A DNA stretch of 64,000 bases, from positions 33,529,553 to 33,593,552 of the forward strand of contig NC_068981.1 of the NCBI RefSeq assembly GCF_001194135.2, given 5' to 3'. The notes under the pieces are model-generated. The model worked only from the letters and a program-made list of their open reading frames with translations. It had not been told where the DNA came from and searched no databases. Below are positions 27,033 through 41,900 of the stretch, piece after piece (the stretch's first letter is position 1; each line of letters begins with the position of its first letter). The stretch comes from Octopus bimaculoides (taxonomy: Eukaryota). The position numbers were made by a program, and so were the translations under genes.

Positions 27033-30000
27033 TTACAAGGGGAACTTTAACCTACCAAATTCAATCACAAGGCTTCAGTCAGCTTGAGGCTGTAGCAGAA
27101 AACACTTGCCCAATCTAAACTGCATTATTTAATGTGTATCCTTGTCCTTACAACAAGGGAGCATGATTTAAGAGAGATTTAGTTGCCTATATTTGGTAGG
27201 CAGCCAATAATAGTATCCTTTGTTAAGTCCTGCTTGCCTAATTGTGTTTTAAATGAGGATATAATCAGTAAACAAATTAAAATGGAACTAAAATAAGCTT
27301 ATCTTTCCAAGAAATTAACATTAAAATTCATAGAAGTCACATGAGATCATAAATGTACTTACTCATTTGTTATTTTGTTTGAGGTCAGCCCTGATCAAAT
27401 AGACCTAGCTGTGGTTCGGTCTGTTTGGTCAAAGATGTTTATTCTCAGTTGATTCATCTAAATTATTGAAATTCATCATTAGAAATGGTATCCTCTCATG
27501 AGTGATAACAGGTTTCTGTTCTGGCATCATTTACATATGATATAACTGTACAAAAGTGAATGCCAAGATAAAAATAAATGGAAATGATAAGTCCTTGTCT
27601 TTGTTACTAACAACTTGCTTAAACTAAACAAGTAATATAATAGTATTTTTATTAAGCATGAATCTGCAGTTATTGACTAATGAAATGAAAAATTGTATTA
27701 ATGCCTTTTGCTACTGAATAAGTAATATTAATTAGACATATAATGATACAACACCCATTGACAGCAATGAAGAGAGTTTGAAAGGTTGGCACAGTAAGGG
27801 GCAGCTAGCCATAAAACCTTTTGCTCTAATTACATAGATACTATGCATGATGTTTCTAATACTGACTTAACTTATGATAGTATAATACACACTTGGAGTA
27901 TTGTCAAATTTAACAAAACTAATTTTAACTTGTGCCAGCTGGGGAAGCCCTATGCAGTTGTTCAACTTGCTAGATATAGTAGAATATTCTGAAATATATC
28001 CTACTATATTAAAGAGAGCACACACTGGACAATGTTGTTTCTAATATTAAAAACCCAGAAAGGATTACAGCTAGAATGTTTTTAGTCAAACATCCAAGAA
28101 AGCAAGCTTGGGGCTAAACAACAAAATCAATAATTATCACTTCGCTATTATTTTCCTTGCTGGCATGGGTTGGGCAGTTCAACACTGTAAGTTGATTTTT
28201 ATTCAGAGTTATTGCCCTCTAAGTTGAAGTTGGGGGACCATACCTTGCTCATGCATCTCAGTTTTGGCATAGTTTTTATGGCTGTATGCCATAGAAATTA
28301 AAACAATTAACTTTTTGGGTGTCCATTGTTGATAATGATAACTTTTGTTTTTCAATTCCCCCCCCCCCACTAAGATGAATTGCAGGTTATGTGTTATTTG
28401 CCATCTTTGCAGTGTTTTGAATACACACTTCACATGTCTAACAAATAAGAGTAGCCACACAGTATCGACTCTTGGATGGGTGGATGCAGGCATACTGTCA
28501 AACTCTGTATGTTTCTCACTTTGTCTTGAATTCATATGCATCATCTCTCGATGTGTAGTCTGGTTTAATGTTAGATGCTCATAAGTTTATTGAATAATAA
28601 TAATTCTTGATGGCTGTCTTTCCAAAACAAATGACAAAGGGAATAATCAACAACAACCAAAAAAAAGCTTAAAACCGTCGCCTTCCTGGCACTTGTGCCA
28701 GTGGCACGTGTAAAGACATTCGAGCGAGATCATTGCCAGTGCTGCTGGATTGGCTCCTGTGAAAGTGGCACGTAAAATACACCATTTTGAGCATGGCTGT
28801 TGCCAGTACCGCTTGACTGGCCTTCATGCCGGTGGCATATAAAAGCACTCCACTACACTCTCGGAATGGTTGGCGTTAGGAAGTGCCCTTCCTAACGCCA
28901 ACCACTGTAGAAACTCTGGCAAATCAGATTGGAGCCTGGTGTAGCAATCTGGTTCACCAGTCCTCAGTCAAATCGTCCAACCCATGCTAGCATGGAAAGC
29001 TGACATTAAACGATGATGATGATGATGATATCTCATTAATGTCTATCATCTGAACTTTTTGTAAATAATCATTGTAATTCAGTAATTTTCTTTATGAATC
29101 ATACACTCCTTATCTACCAAAATGTCTAAATAGCTAGAGATATGGACAAACATGGTTACAGAGGAGCAGTGACCTATTTAACTCATTAGTGCTTAAACCA
29201 GCCATATCTGGCTGAAATATTGTTTTGTGTTCAGACTGGTCAAATCTGGCTTCTTGCATCTACCCTACAATGTCATTCTAAAAATAAACAATCACATCAT
29301 CAAAATGTCAAAGCTGTGAGATTAATGCATATTTAATTCAATACATTTGACAGGATAATCTCAGTGTTAAAGGGCTAAATATAGATTTAACTCAAGAGGA
29401 ATTATATTTGCTCATTTAGATCTTATGCAATCAGTACAGAACATTTGCATTGTTCACTGATAGTGCTATGTAGTTTATATCTTTACTGACTCATGTTCAA
29501 AATAAACTAGGTGTGTTCAACAGTCTATTTCAGTTTTGAAATAAATACTATGCTATTGAGTTGCCTTCTGGTAGCATATCTTTGTAATTGATGCAATTAT
29601 TTTTATTTATTGCACTAGCACTCCAGTAATCTCCCATAAGGTGTGTCCCCTAGAATAATTTTTGCTTACTTAAAGTTCGTTACATTTATTTCCACTCATG
29701 GATTATGAAGTGTGATCATCTAACTTTCATGCGTTCCTCTAAGAAATTAGCATTGCAAATGTTACTGAGAATAAAATGTTAGGTTGGTAAATGTAACTAA
29801 GTAAAGATGGATGAGAATGTCGAGTTGTCACCAAATGTAACATAGAAGAGAGTCCTGTGTTTTTGAAGGATGAATGAGAAAGAGATAATGAAAAGTTCTC
29901 AAATAAGCAAATTTATTCTTAACTATAAGAAAGCTGTTAAAATCCAAGAAATGCTTGATTCTCAGTTTAAAATTGAATATAGGTTTGTTTTTGTTCATAT

Positions 30001-30127
30001 GTACAAAATAGAATTGCATGTTTGTTATTTATATATTTGTTGTTGCCTCACATAGTGTGTAAGCTTGAGGAAATATAATGCAAGTTGTGTGAGAATCATT
30101 TTTTACAGCCTGCCATTATTATTATTA

Positions 30128-30179
<52 letters not shown>

Positions 30180-33100
30180 GGCAGTGAGCTGGCAGAATCG
30201 TTAGCACACCAGGCAAAATGCTTGGCGGTATTTCACCCATAGCTACATTTTGAGTTCAAATTCTGTCAAGGTCAACTTTGCCTTTCATCCTTTCCGAGTT
30301 GATAAATTAAGTACCAGTTGCGTACTGGGATCAATCTAATTGATCTAATCTATCTCCCTCAAAATTTCAGGTCTTTTGCCTATAGTAGAAAGGACTTATT
30401 AATATCATTAAGGCAGTGAGCTGGCAGAATCGTTAGCATGCCGGATGAAATACTTAGCGGTATTTCGCCCATCACTACATTCTGAGTTCAAATTCTGCTG
30501 AGGTCAACTTTGCCTTTCATCATTTCAGGGTTGATAAATTAAGTACCAGTGAAGCACAAATTTCAAGCCTTGTGCCTATAGTAGAAAGGATATTATTATG
30601 GCACGTAAAAACACCACTTGAGCGTGGCCATTGCCAGTACCGCCTGACTGGCCCTCGTGCTGGTGGCACGTAAAAGCACCCACTACACTCTCGGAGTGGT
30701 TGGCATTAGGAAGGGCATCCAGCTGTAGAAACTCTGCCAGATCAGATTGGAGCCTGGTGCAGCCATCTGGTTCACCAGTCCTCAGTCAAATCGTCCAACC
30801 CATGCTAGCATGGAAAGCGGACGTTAAACGATGATGATGACTGAGAGGACAAATATTCCAGTCGTTATTAAGGCAAATTCTAGTGAGAGGTTCAAAGTGA
30901 ATCTTAGTTACATGAAAAATAAAATGTCCCAGAAAGTTCTTCGTGCATTTTGTCAATAAAATCAAGCAGAAGTTGGTTTTTGAAGCTACCCAACAATTTA
31001 TCAGGGCAGCCACTAAATATTATTGGTTGAAATAATGGGGAAAAGTGTGTCTACCAGCCTATATAGGCAGTTTAGCATTTGCAGCTATTACAATACCGAA
31101 TATGGTATTAAGTATTGTATTATTTTCTAAAAACAATGCCATAATCTATACCAAAATGTTGAGAATCAATTACTAGAAGATATGACCTATTGTACAAGTA
31201 AAACAAAATACATATTTGGTATTCAAAATTGGGTATTAGGGTCAGTTTGGCAGATTATTATTCAGTACTTGTCTACCAGACTTTAGTATTGGAATTTGAA
31301 GAATTGTATATTCATAAGGCCTTTTAATGACATCTCATATAGAACAACTCTCTTGACATGGGTTCATTTGTCTGAAGACACATCTTGTGGAATTTATTTT
31401 ATTTTCTGTCTTACAGGGATAGCATCTGTGAAAAATGTCTGGAAGATGTGTCAAATGAATCTGATTCCATTGATCCCACTATCAGTATGCTGATTTCCAA
31501 AAACGAGGTATGTCTTTATAATTTTTGTATTCGTCTTGATATTAGTTATCAGGACAGTGAAACTGATCAAAACAGAACATTTCTAGATTAAATACTTTAC
31601 ATTATTTTGCGTTCCATGTTCCAAGTTTAAATCTAAACAGTTGACTTTGCTCTTCAATAAAGGTCAGTCATATGCAGTGGTTGATATATTTGTATCCCCT
31701 CTGTACAAAAATTGGTCTTTTGGCTTAGTAAGAACCCAACGTTGAAAATTTATCCTTATCTTTCTCTGAAATATATTTTTTCTTTATACTTAAAAAATAT
31801 TAAAATTTCTTTGTTTCTAAGATACTGACTGGGCTACTGAACAATGAATGAACAGATGAAACTTTGTGGAAACCTTTTTATGTTGTCTTAGATAAAATCC
31901 AATTTGGAAAAAGTTTATACTAGAATTAATAGAGATTACCACTTGAAAGTAATATCAACATGATATGTGTTAATGCTCCTCTCATAACTTGTTGCTTGTA
32001 TTAGGTTTAAATTACATTTAAGAGAAAAAAAAGATTGACTTTGTACCTTGAAATGATTTTGAGAGAAATAAATTTGTTAAAGATTATGGAAATTAACAAT
32101 TGAATGACTAGTGATAGGAAGGTTGTCCAATTAAACAAATTCCATAGCCTCAGCTTCCTTTAAAAGTTTAAATATTATTTTTGTGAATATCAAAAATTCG
32201 TAGAGCTAGTATTTTACTGATTTCTTTAGCATTTACCAGATAAGAGACAAATAGCTCCCTTGTTTAAATGCTAGTCTAACACAAGAAAGCTTCCCTGAAG
32301 TTCTGATACCTAATCTTGACAGCTAAGGGAAGGATATAGAAAAAATATTTTAGCCCAAATTTGAAACAAAATTACATGAATTTAAGCTCAAAGCAAGAAT
32401 TGGCAATCCAGTACCTCAGCTTTTATAATACACACTGGATTTTAGTACTTTTACTAAAACATGTTTTTCGGAATATTGAGCTAACACTACTATCGTAATA
32501 ACTCAATACCATAACCTTATTTTGCACTGTATTGTTAATAAAATAAATTATTTGGTATATTTGTGATGTTACAAATTATAGCATATGCAAATCAGCTTTT
32601 CTTTTTATTGTTTTTTTTTTTATCATCATCATCATCATCATCGTTTAGCGTCCGCTTTCCATGCTAGCATGGGTTGGACGATTTGACTGAGGACTGGTGA
32701 AACCGGATGGCAACACCAGGCTCCAGTCTGATTTGGCAGAGTTTCTACAGCTGGATGCCCTTCCTAACGCCAACCACTCAGAGAGTGTAGTGGGTGCTTT
32801 TACGTGTCACCCGCACGAAAACGGCCACGCTTGAAATGGTGTCTTTTNNNNNNNNNNNNNNNNNNNNNNNNNNNNNNNNNNNNNNNNNNNNNNNNNNNNN
32901 NNNNNNNNNNNNNNNNNNNNNNNNNNNNNNNNNNNNNNNNNNNNNNNNNNNNNNNNNNNNNNNNNNNNNNNNNNNNNNNNNNNNNNNNNNNNNNNNNNNN
33001 NNNNNNNNNNNNNNNNNNNNNNNNNNNNNNNNNNNNNNNNNNNNNNNNNNNNNNNNNNNNNNNNNNNNNNNNNNNNNNNNNNNNNNNNNNNNNNNNNNNN

Positions 33101-35864
33101 NNNNNNNNNNNNNNNNNNNNNNNNNNNNNNNNNNNNNNNNNNNNNNNNNNNNNNNNNNNNNNNNNNNNNNNNNNNNNNNNNNNNNNNNNNNNNNNNNNNN
33201 NNNNNNNNNNNNNNNNNNNNNNNNNNNNNNNNNNNNNNNNNNNNNNNNNNNNNNNNNNNNNNNNNNNNNNNNNNNNNNNNNNNNNNNNNNNNNNNNNNNN
33301 NNNNNNNNNNNNNNNNNNNNACGGAGCATACTGGCTTCATTCCTTGCGAGCTTACGTATGTCCTCAGCAGTTACAGCCCATGTTTCACTGCCATGTAGCA
33401 TGGTTGTTCGTACGCATGCGTCATACAGTCTGCCTTTTACTCTGAGTGAGAGTCCCTTTGTCGCCAGCAGGGGTAAGAGCTCTCTAAACTTTGCCCAGGC
33501 TATTCTTATTCTAGCAGCTACACTTTCAGCACACCCACCCCCACTACTAACTTGGTCGCCCAGATAGCGGAAGCTATCGACTACCTCTAGTTTTTCACCC
33601 TGGAATGAGATAGAAGTTGTTTCCTGTTTGTTTACAGTCTTTATTGCACCTGAACATCTGCCACAAACAAAAACTAACTTGCTAGTTAACCTGCCTTTGA
33701 TGTTGCTGCACCTCTTATGTGTCCATAGCTTGCACCGAAATAAATAAATTCCCAAAGTTCTTTAATTTATTGATTTATCATTTAGACATGGCTTTTTTAA
33801 AAGAGTTATGCCATTTTACTTGCAGCAACCATATACTCCTGATTATTACCTTCGGAAAGAACTTGACAAACACCCTGCTCAGTGTTTATATCCAGGGTGT
33901 TCATGGAAAGGCAAATTCAAGGATTATAAAGTAAGTTTATTATTAAATTTCAACTCCTTGCCTATAATTCATTCTTTAATTCACAGATTAATTCACTCAC
34001 CTCTTCTCATCTTGTGCTAATTTCAGGAATTATTATTATTATTATTATTATTGTCCTCTCCTTTAAGGTGACAAGCTGGCAGAATCATAAGCACAAGCAT
34101 TTTGTCTGTCTTTACATTCTGAGTTCAAATTTTGCCATGGTTGACTTTCTCTTTCATCCTTTCAGAGTTAATAAAATAAGTACCAGTTGAACACTTTTAA
34201 TTAATATTCACACCACTTTCATTTATTTGTTTTTTGTTGCCACGTAAACATGCCACTACAATTGTGTTTGTATTTTGTTGTGTTAGTGGATATGTTTTTT
34301 TCCAGAAATGATGTAGTTTTCCATTGCTCCGTATACTTCATTGTCATCATTTAATGTCCGCTTTCCATGCTGTCATGGGTTGAACAATTTGAGGGCTAGC
34401 GAGCCAGAAGGCTGCACCAGGCTCCAATCTGATCTGGCAAAGTTTCTACAGCTGGATACCCTTCCTAATGCCAACCACTCCAAGAATGTAGTGGGTGCTT
34501 TTACATGCCACAAGCACGAGGGCCAGTCAGGCGGTACTGGCATCGGCCATGCTCAAATGGTACTTTTTACATGCCACCTGCACAGGAACCAGCCCGGTAG
34601 CACTGGCAACGACCACACTCGACTGGTGTTTTTTATGTGCCACCAACACAGGGGCCAGTCAGGCGATGCTGGCAATGATCACGCTTGAATGGTGCTTTTT
34701 ACGTTCCACTGGCATGGGTGCCAATCAGGCAGTACTGTCATCAGCCACGACAACGATTTCACTTGCCTTGACAAGTCTTCACAAGCATAGTTTATTGTCC
34801 AATGATTGAAGGATACTCTTAAATAGGCTGATTATACAACACTGGCATAGGCCACGGTTATGGTCTCACTTGGCTTGCCGGATCTTCTCAAGCACAGCAT
34901 ATCTCCAAAGGTCTCGGTCACTTGTCATTGCCTCGGTGAGGCCTAATGTTTGAAGGTCGTGCTATATTTCTTATTACATGAACTGTCAGGCCATTAATTC
35001 CAGTCTATCCTCTGCTTTTTGTTTTTTTTTTTGTCATTGATTTGTTAACCCTTCTATTACCATATTTCTGAAATACACTGCATATTTCAATGAATTTTGA
35101 AAATCATGAAGAATTTATTAAGCTAGTACTTACAACATAAATCAACATGAAATTTGCATGCAAGGTTTTAATTTAGATCATTATAAAGCAGGAAGCATTT
35201 AACACAGAACCAAGAACAGTCTCAAACAGATTGGTATCAAAAGGATTAAATATTTAATTTTCACCAATAGCATTGTTTCTTTGGATATGTTTCAGCTATG
35301 GTTTTGTTTCTGCAGTCCCCTTCTGTTTACCACTCCTTTATAAAAACCAGTACTTCACTATCTTCCTCCCTATCGTCAACATAACAAATTTCAAGAATTA
35401 GATTTTCTTCTTAAGTGCCACAGCACTAAAAACCTATTACATACATTCATTATATTCCCATTTTATCAAAATTGAACTTGTGTTTAATTATAATAAAGAA
35501 ATTATTATTACGCTATAAGATCTATTGGACTAGAGTTAAATCTGGTTTTGACTGGGGATTTGTTTTGCCTAACAGTTTATTCAAAACTAAATTCATAATT
35601 TAACTTAAATCATAGTAAACAACTCTCCTTATCAAGAAATGTTCCATTGTTATTGTTAAAATTTTAAAACAAAAGAATTAGCATGTGTGTGTGTGTGTAT
35701 TTCTTCTTTGGCTGTCAATCATAAGTCGACATTGACTGTTCTTGTGCAGTAATCATCTGGCCAGCTTGTATGTGGGTTACATGGCCTGCTCTTGATTTGC
35801 AGCAGATGTCATCATGTATATATTTAGTGTGTATATGTGGGTGTATGTGTATATATATATATTT

Positions 35865-35913
<49 letters not shown>

Positions 35914-38900
35914 TGTGTNNNNNNNNNNNNNNNNNNNNNNNNNNNNNNNNNNNNNNNNNNNNNNGGGGGGGGGGGGGGTTATTGGCATTTGATTTTCTCC
36001 TACCTCCCTCAAAACTACTATTTTCTTCAGTCTTATTTCTTTTAATGCTTTGTTATACTTAATGTTTAACTTAGGAAAATATTTCAAAACCACAATTTCT
36101 TTTCATTTCTACGAAAGTATGTTTCATACTTATGTTATAAATTATAACTATATCTCTTTTTATGGTGATTTAGTAATGTTGGAAAAGAGACCTAATTAAT
36201 AGTCCAGCTTCAGTCAAAACTTAAAACTTATCATTCTCCCTAGTTTTGCCTAAGTCTATTGAGCCAAGCAATTATTAGTTTTTCGACATTGTCACTTTGA
36301 AATTAATTTTATGCTTTGAAGATATATATTTTTAGAGATTTGCTTGTTAATTATTTTAATTGTACGGCTTGCGTACAATTGGAGCAAGCGAAAGCGAAAT
36401 CGTGATGGCACCTGTACCACTGGAGCACTAAGAGCACCGTCCGAGTGTGATCGTTGCCAGTGCCGCTGGACTGGCTTCTGTGCAGGTGGCACGTAAAATA
36501 CACCATTTCGAGTGTGGCCAATGCCAGTACCGCCTGACTGGCCTTCGTGCTGGTGGTATATAAAAGCACCCACTACACTCTTGGGGTGGTTGGCATTAGG
36601 AAGGGCATCCAGCTGTAGAAACTCTACCAAATCAGATTGGAGCCTGGTGTAGCCACCTGCTCCACCAGTCCTCAGTCAAATCGTCCAACCCATGCTAGCA
36701 TGGAAAGCGAACATTAAACGACGATGATGATGATGATGAGTCTTCTTGATCCCTAACTTTTATATTTGTGTGTATTATAAATTTGATTTTGGCTAGGACT
36801 TTGTTTTGTATAATAGTTAATTCAAAACTAAAATCATGATAATTTAACTTTAATCTTAGTAAACAATTCTCCCTATCAAGAAATGTCCCGTTGTTACTCT
36901 TAAAATTTCTTTAAAATACAGAAACTAGCATATGTGTGTATATATTTCATGCACAATTGTAACATTATACTTCACTCCTTTACAAAAACCAGTACTTCAC
37001 CATCATCCTCCCTATCCTCAACATAACCAGGTCATCTTCATGACTAGAAAGTACTGTATATCACAACTACTATTAATAATAACCATCTACAAAGCTTAGC
37101 TGAAACCTACAAGTTGCTATTCCTATATTTGGAATGCTGCTGCTGCTACACACCACAGATATCCTAGACTAGATTCAAAGAAAAGCCATCCAACTGATTG
37201 GGATGTGATTAAACACCAGCACAATCTGACCTCTGGTCCACATATGCTGTCTCTTTTCTATCTTTCTACTGCTTCTATAATTGCCTCTGCTCCTTGGAGC
37301 TGGCTGGGCTCATGTCATTTCCTTTCAGGCATCCCCTTTACTCACTCTTCTTTTGTCACTATATTGTGTCCACCGTACCAGACCACATACTAACTTCTAT
37401 GCTCAGTCCTTCCCTTCAATATCAGCCTCTATAATTCCACTGCTATGTGAGATTATATCTACAGCCATCAACTCCAAATTTTCCAAGAAGAATGCTAACT
37501 ATATCTATGTTCCCATCTTGGAGAACCTGTGATGATCATTATATATAGTCCAGTTCCTTTCCCTATGCCAAACCAGTAAATAAAAGAAAAATAATTATGT
37601 CTATAACTTTTTTAATGATGCTGAAGCATCTTTGCATGTTCTTGGAAAACTTTGGCTAACCAGCTTTGATATTTATCTTGAATTCCTTCAAGTATTTTCC
37701 TGTTGTTTTGAATTGTCTGAAAGTAATTCATTACATTCCTTTTCATTTTCATCACATCCAATGTTGAAGGACCAACTTATTAGGACTTGTTGATTTCATG
37801 CTCTATATTAATGAGGTCTTTTTCACATGTCAGTTCTCAGGTTGCTAGACATACCAATCTAATCTAACTCGTTCAATACACTCATCTCTCTTCCTTCCAT
37901 CATCCCTTTTGAACCTTACCATCCACTTGAGATTCCATTCAAAATCCTGTGTCCTATTATTCCTTCGAATTACATTTTCTTCAGGGCTGTGGAATTGGTG
38001 TCGGAAACTACTAAGGGATAGTTGGAGTTGGAGTTGGTAAAATTGATTCCAACTCACAATATCTTTATTCTTTAATATAAACTAATTATAACATATAGGC
38101 CTACTCAAAGTACAAGTGTATGCATATGCTTTATGGGATATGTAGACCACAATCATTTAATTACATAAAGAGATGTCGGAATCGGAGTCACCAATAATAC
38201 AGGAGTTGGAGTAAAGTTTTTTGTTTCGACTGCACAGCCCTGATTTTCTTAAACTTTGTTTTCAGCATCTGATTAGTAACGATTCCTTTTGAAAGCCAAG
38301 TGCAGATTTCAGAACTTACTATTTTAATTGTTGAAAGGAAGTGGAAGGCTCTTTCTTAACTATATTCTTTTTTTTTTTCTCGTTCAAATAAAAACACATT
38401 TTAGTACATCCCTGTAAGTTGACAAAACTTGCTCACTAAGATCATATGGAGTACCAAATATTGGGCATTCTGGCTTATGGGTCATCACTTAATGCAAACA
38501 ACATTAAATTTGACACAATCATTAATTTTAATACAATGGCCTAAAGTCAAGGTATAAAGCAGAAAACTTCATACACGTACGATGTACGTCTACATGCAAC
38601 AACTATTGCAGTGGTTCACACTCCCATTCTCTTTATAGTCAATGCAGAACCTCAAGATATTAGTCAGTTGGATTGAAACTTGGTATGCAACCTCTTTTAC
38701 TGTTTTGCATTCTGCTATGCAGAAATTTGTATTCGTTAGGACTTATAATCCATGAAATCCAAAATTCGACCAAGGATAGTGATTTTTAAAATTTGCAATT
38801 GCATTGTGGAGCCTGAAAAAAATATTTAATTACAAAGTTCTTTATATACCTTTCTTTTAACCCTAATTCACAACAAAATATCAATTCTTGGTTACCAATT

Positions 38901-41900
38901 TCAAAAGATGCATTTTTCACTCCACCCCACTGTCTACATCTATTTTTCAACCCTTTAGCATTCAGATTATTCTGTTAAATGTTCTGTTTATTTATTCACA
39001 TTGGTTTAAGTTAATTATGCATTACCTCCTAGCTTTCAGATTTCAATGATGTGATTGTTTAGTTTTAGAATGACATTGTAGGATAGGTCACCCTAAGATG
39101 TTTCTCATAAAAAAGAAGCTACTTCTTAGAGATTTTAAATTCTTTTTGATACATTTACTTTATATCTACATTTTAATATTTCTTGTATTTGTTGTCTGAC
39201 ATGATTAAAAGAAAATTATTTAAAAGAAGTCTATAAACTAGTCTTCTGTATTCATGTATCTATAGTTGCTTTGCAAACTTCTTTTCTCCCCATGTAAGAA
39301 CAGTGCAATATTCACTTGTGATTTGCAAACCTTCAACACAAATGTCTTTTGCACATTTAATTTTTTTTGTTAAAATTTCATCTTTATGCGTGTCTTCATT
39401 TCACATCCATTTCTTGATGCTGATATGAGCTGGATAGGTTGTTATGGTCCAAGTTAGAGCTTAAATGCCCACCTGGATAGATTGGAGAGCCTGTCTTGCT
39501 CACACATTTCATATTGTGGCTTGGTTTCTGTGATTAGATCCCTTCCTGTTGCCAGCCCTTTACATATATTTTCTTATTTTGCTTAGGCTCAGCAATACTA
39601 ATTAATATCAATTAGTGAATGACAAGAGAACAGGTGTAACATAATCACCTTCATTAGTTTACAGCTGTTTCTGCTGTAAGAAGTAGTGCACTCAGAACTG
39701 AGTGCTTGTGCAACATCTTATCACTTCCTTGAAGCTTTTACAACAAAGGGTGTTTATTTCAGAAATCATTTAAATACATAGGATGTTGCACTGCTTCTTA
39801 AAACTGAAATGGCTGTAAGTTAATAAAGGTGATTATGTAACTCCTGTTTTCTTGTCATTCATTTATATATACAGGGTGCTGTGAATATATTGTCGTCTAA
39901 AAATATCATGAAATACTAAAGGGTAAATTTATTCAATAAGATCACCATTGGCTTCATTCACAGCCTCCAGACGACTTCGGAATCTCCTGCAACTCTTCTG
40001 GACAGTCTCCTTGTTTAAGTTGGTGAATGCTGCTATAATCCTTACCTTCAGTTCATCTTTGGTGTTACAAGGAGTTTTATTGGCCTCTCACTCAACTACG
40101 CTTCATACATAATAATCAAAGGGTTTGCAGTCTGTGGGATTAGGTGGCCAGATGTTAGGGATGATGTGGTCGCAGAAATTGTCTGACAGCCATGACTGGG
40201 TTCTGCTTGTGTGGCATGGTGCAGAGTCCTGTTGCCAAGCACAAGCTCTTCTGGCAGCCACCCTCTTGACTCAGGGCAGCACTACCTCTTCCAGGCACTT
40301 GATTTAGGCCTCCGTGTAGAGTCTGAGGCCATGTGGGAAGACAAATGGAGGCATAACATCACCATCACTAGTGATCACTCCAACCACCATGATGTTGACT
40401 GGATGTTTGATTTTTATCACTCTTGGTACATGTTTTGGGGACACGGCAAGCCAACAGTTGTTCTATGTGTTCACCATCTGTTTATATCAGGGCTTCTGGC
40501 ATGAATGCCAAGCAGTACAGCATGTCGTTTCCAGATTTCTGGCTGAGTGAATTGCGACATTGTACTGTTTTCCTCGCAGATGGTGCCCAACTGACCCTAC
40601 TATACCGTGTAGTCAACAAAATCAAAAGCAAACAACGCGCATGCACAAAATTAAAAATATAAAATGGCACCAATTTACCCATTGCAGCCTGTATATATCT
40701 ATAAATATATAAAGCACTTGTTTAGCTCTAGCTCAGCTCTGATTGAGCTGACCTATGATTAAAGGCCTTGACCATCCATGTTTCCTTTGAAAGCATAGTG
40801 CTTCCAGAATTATAAGTGTCCTTCCATTTTTAAGACAGCAGGTATGATTTGAAGGAAATTTGGCTGCTATTCCTAGCAATTATATAGAGGGCATGTTGAT
40901 TGCTTAATTTATTTCACCATACTGAAAAACTTGTGTTTAAAGAAATTAATGGAGAGCACCAGACAAGCTTGTGAGATGCCTGTTCTCAACCATTTCACTT
41001 TGACCACTTTATTTTCTTGAAAATTACTTTACTTGTGTCCTGTTTTTTCTACCTTGAAGATTATTGGTTTTTCGTCCCTGTAAGAAATTATTTTGTGGAC
41101 TGGTATGCACAACAGGAAGTCAAATTGAAGTTCCAACTACACATTATCTTTGTTTTCTATCTTCTTTTTTGTAAATAATTATTAGTAGTATACTACAATT
41201 GATTTGAAGGACTATAATTCTTTCTCCAAACAAAACTGCCCTGTACCCTGTTAAATAAGATCTTTAACACATGACATACAGTATCGAGAATTAATGCTTG
41301 CTCTAAATGTTATAGAATTGATTGTCTTCAGAGTGTTCATACTCTTCTTCCGGTAGCTGTAAGTTCTGATTTACATTTGCCTTAATAATACATTATCATT
41401 CTGTTAGCTGGCTGAGACTGTTGACACATCTCACTCACTGTGGTTTTTTATCCCTTGAATTTTTTAAAACACTCCATCACCATCTTTTAACAAATGTTTT
41501 CCATGTTGGTGTGAGTTGGACAGTTCAACGGGAGCTGGTAAGCGAAAGTACTGCACTAAGCACCAATGTCTGCATGGTTTCTATGATTGAATGCCCTTCC
41601 TAATGCCAACTGCTTTACAGAGTGTATTGGGTGCTATTTATCTGGTACTGGCACTAATGAGGTCTCCAAGTAAGTTACAAGACAAGATCTCCCAACTGGG
41701 GGTGAGGAATAGTATTGAAGGAGGTCGTTCTATACCAGGTGATCAGAGATTAAAGTATAATAGATGGACATGAACAGATGTCTTACTTTAAGGGAGAGAT
41801 GTGGTTATCCTGTTGGAAAAGTGGATGTTGGTGGAGATGTGTCAGGCATACCCTCAAGTTATACAGGAAATTGAATATAAGTGGTATGGATGGGCAAGTG

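Noticed and set aside
35964-35978. G15 run as a G-quadruplex element
   Set aside because: Directly abuts an N gap, so its length and context are unreliable.
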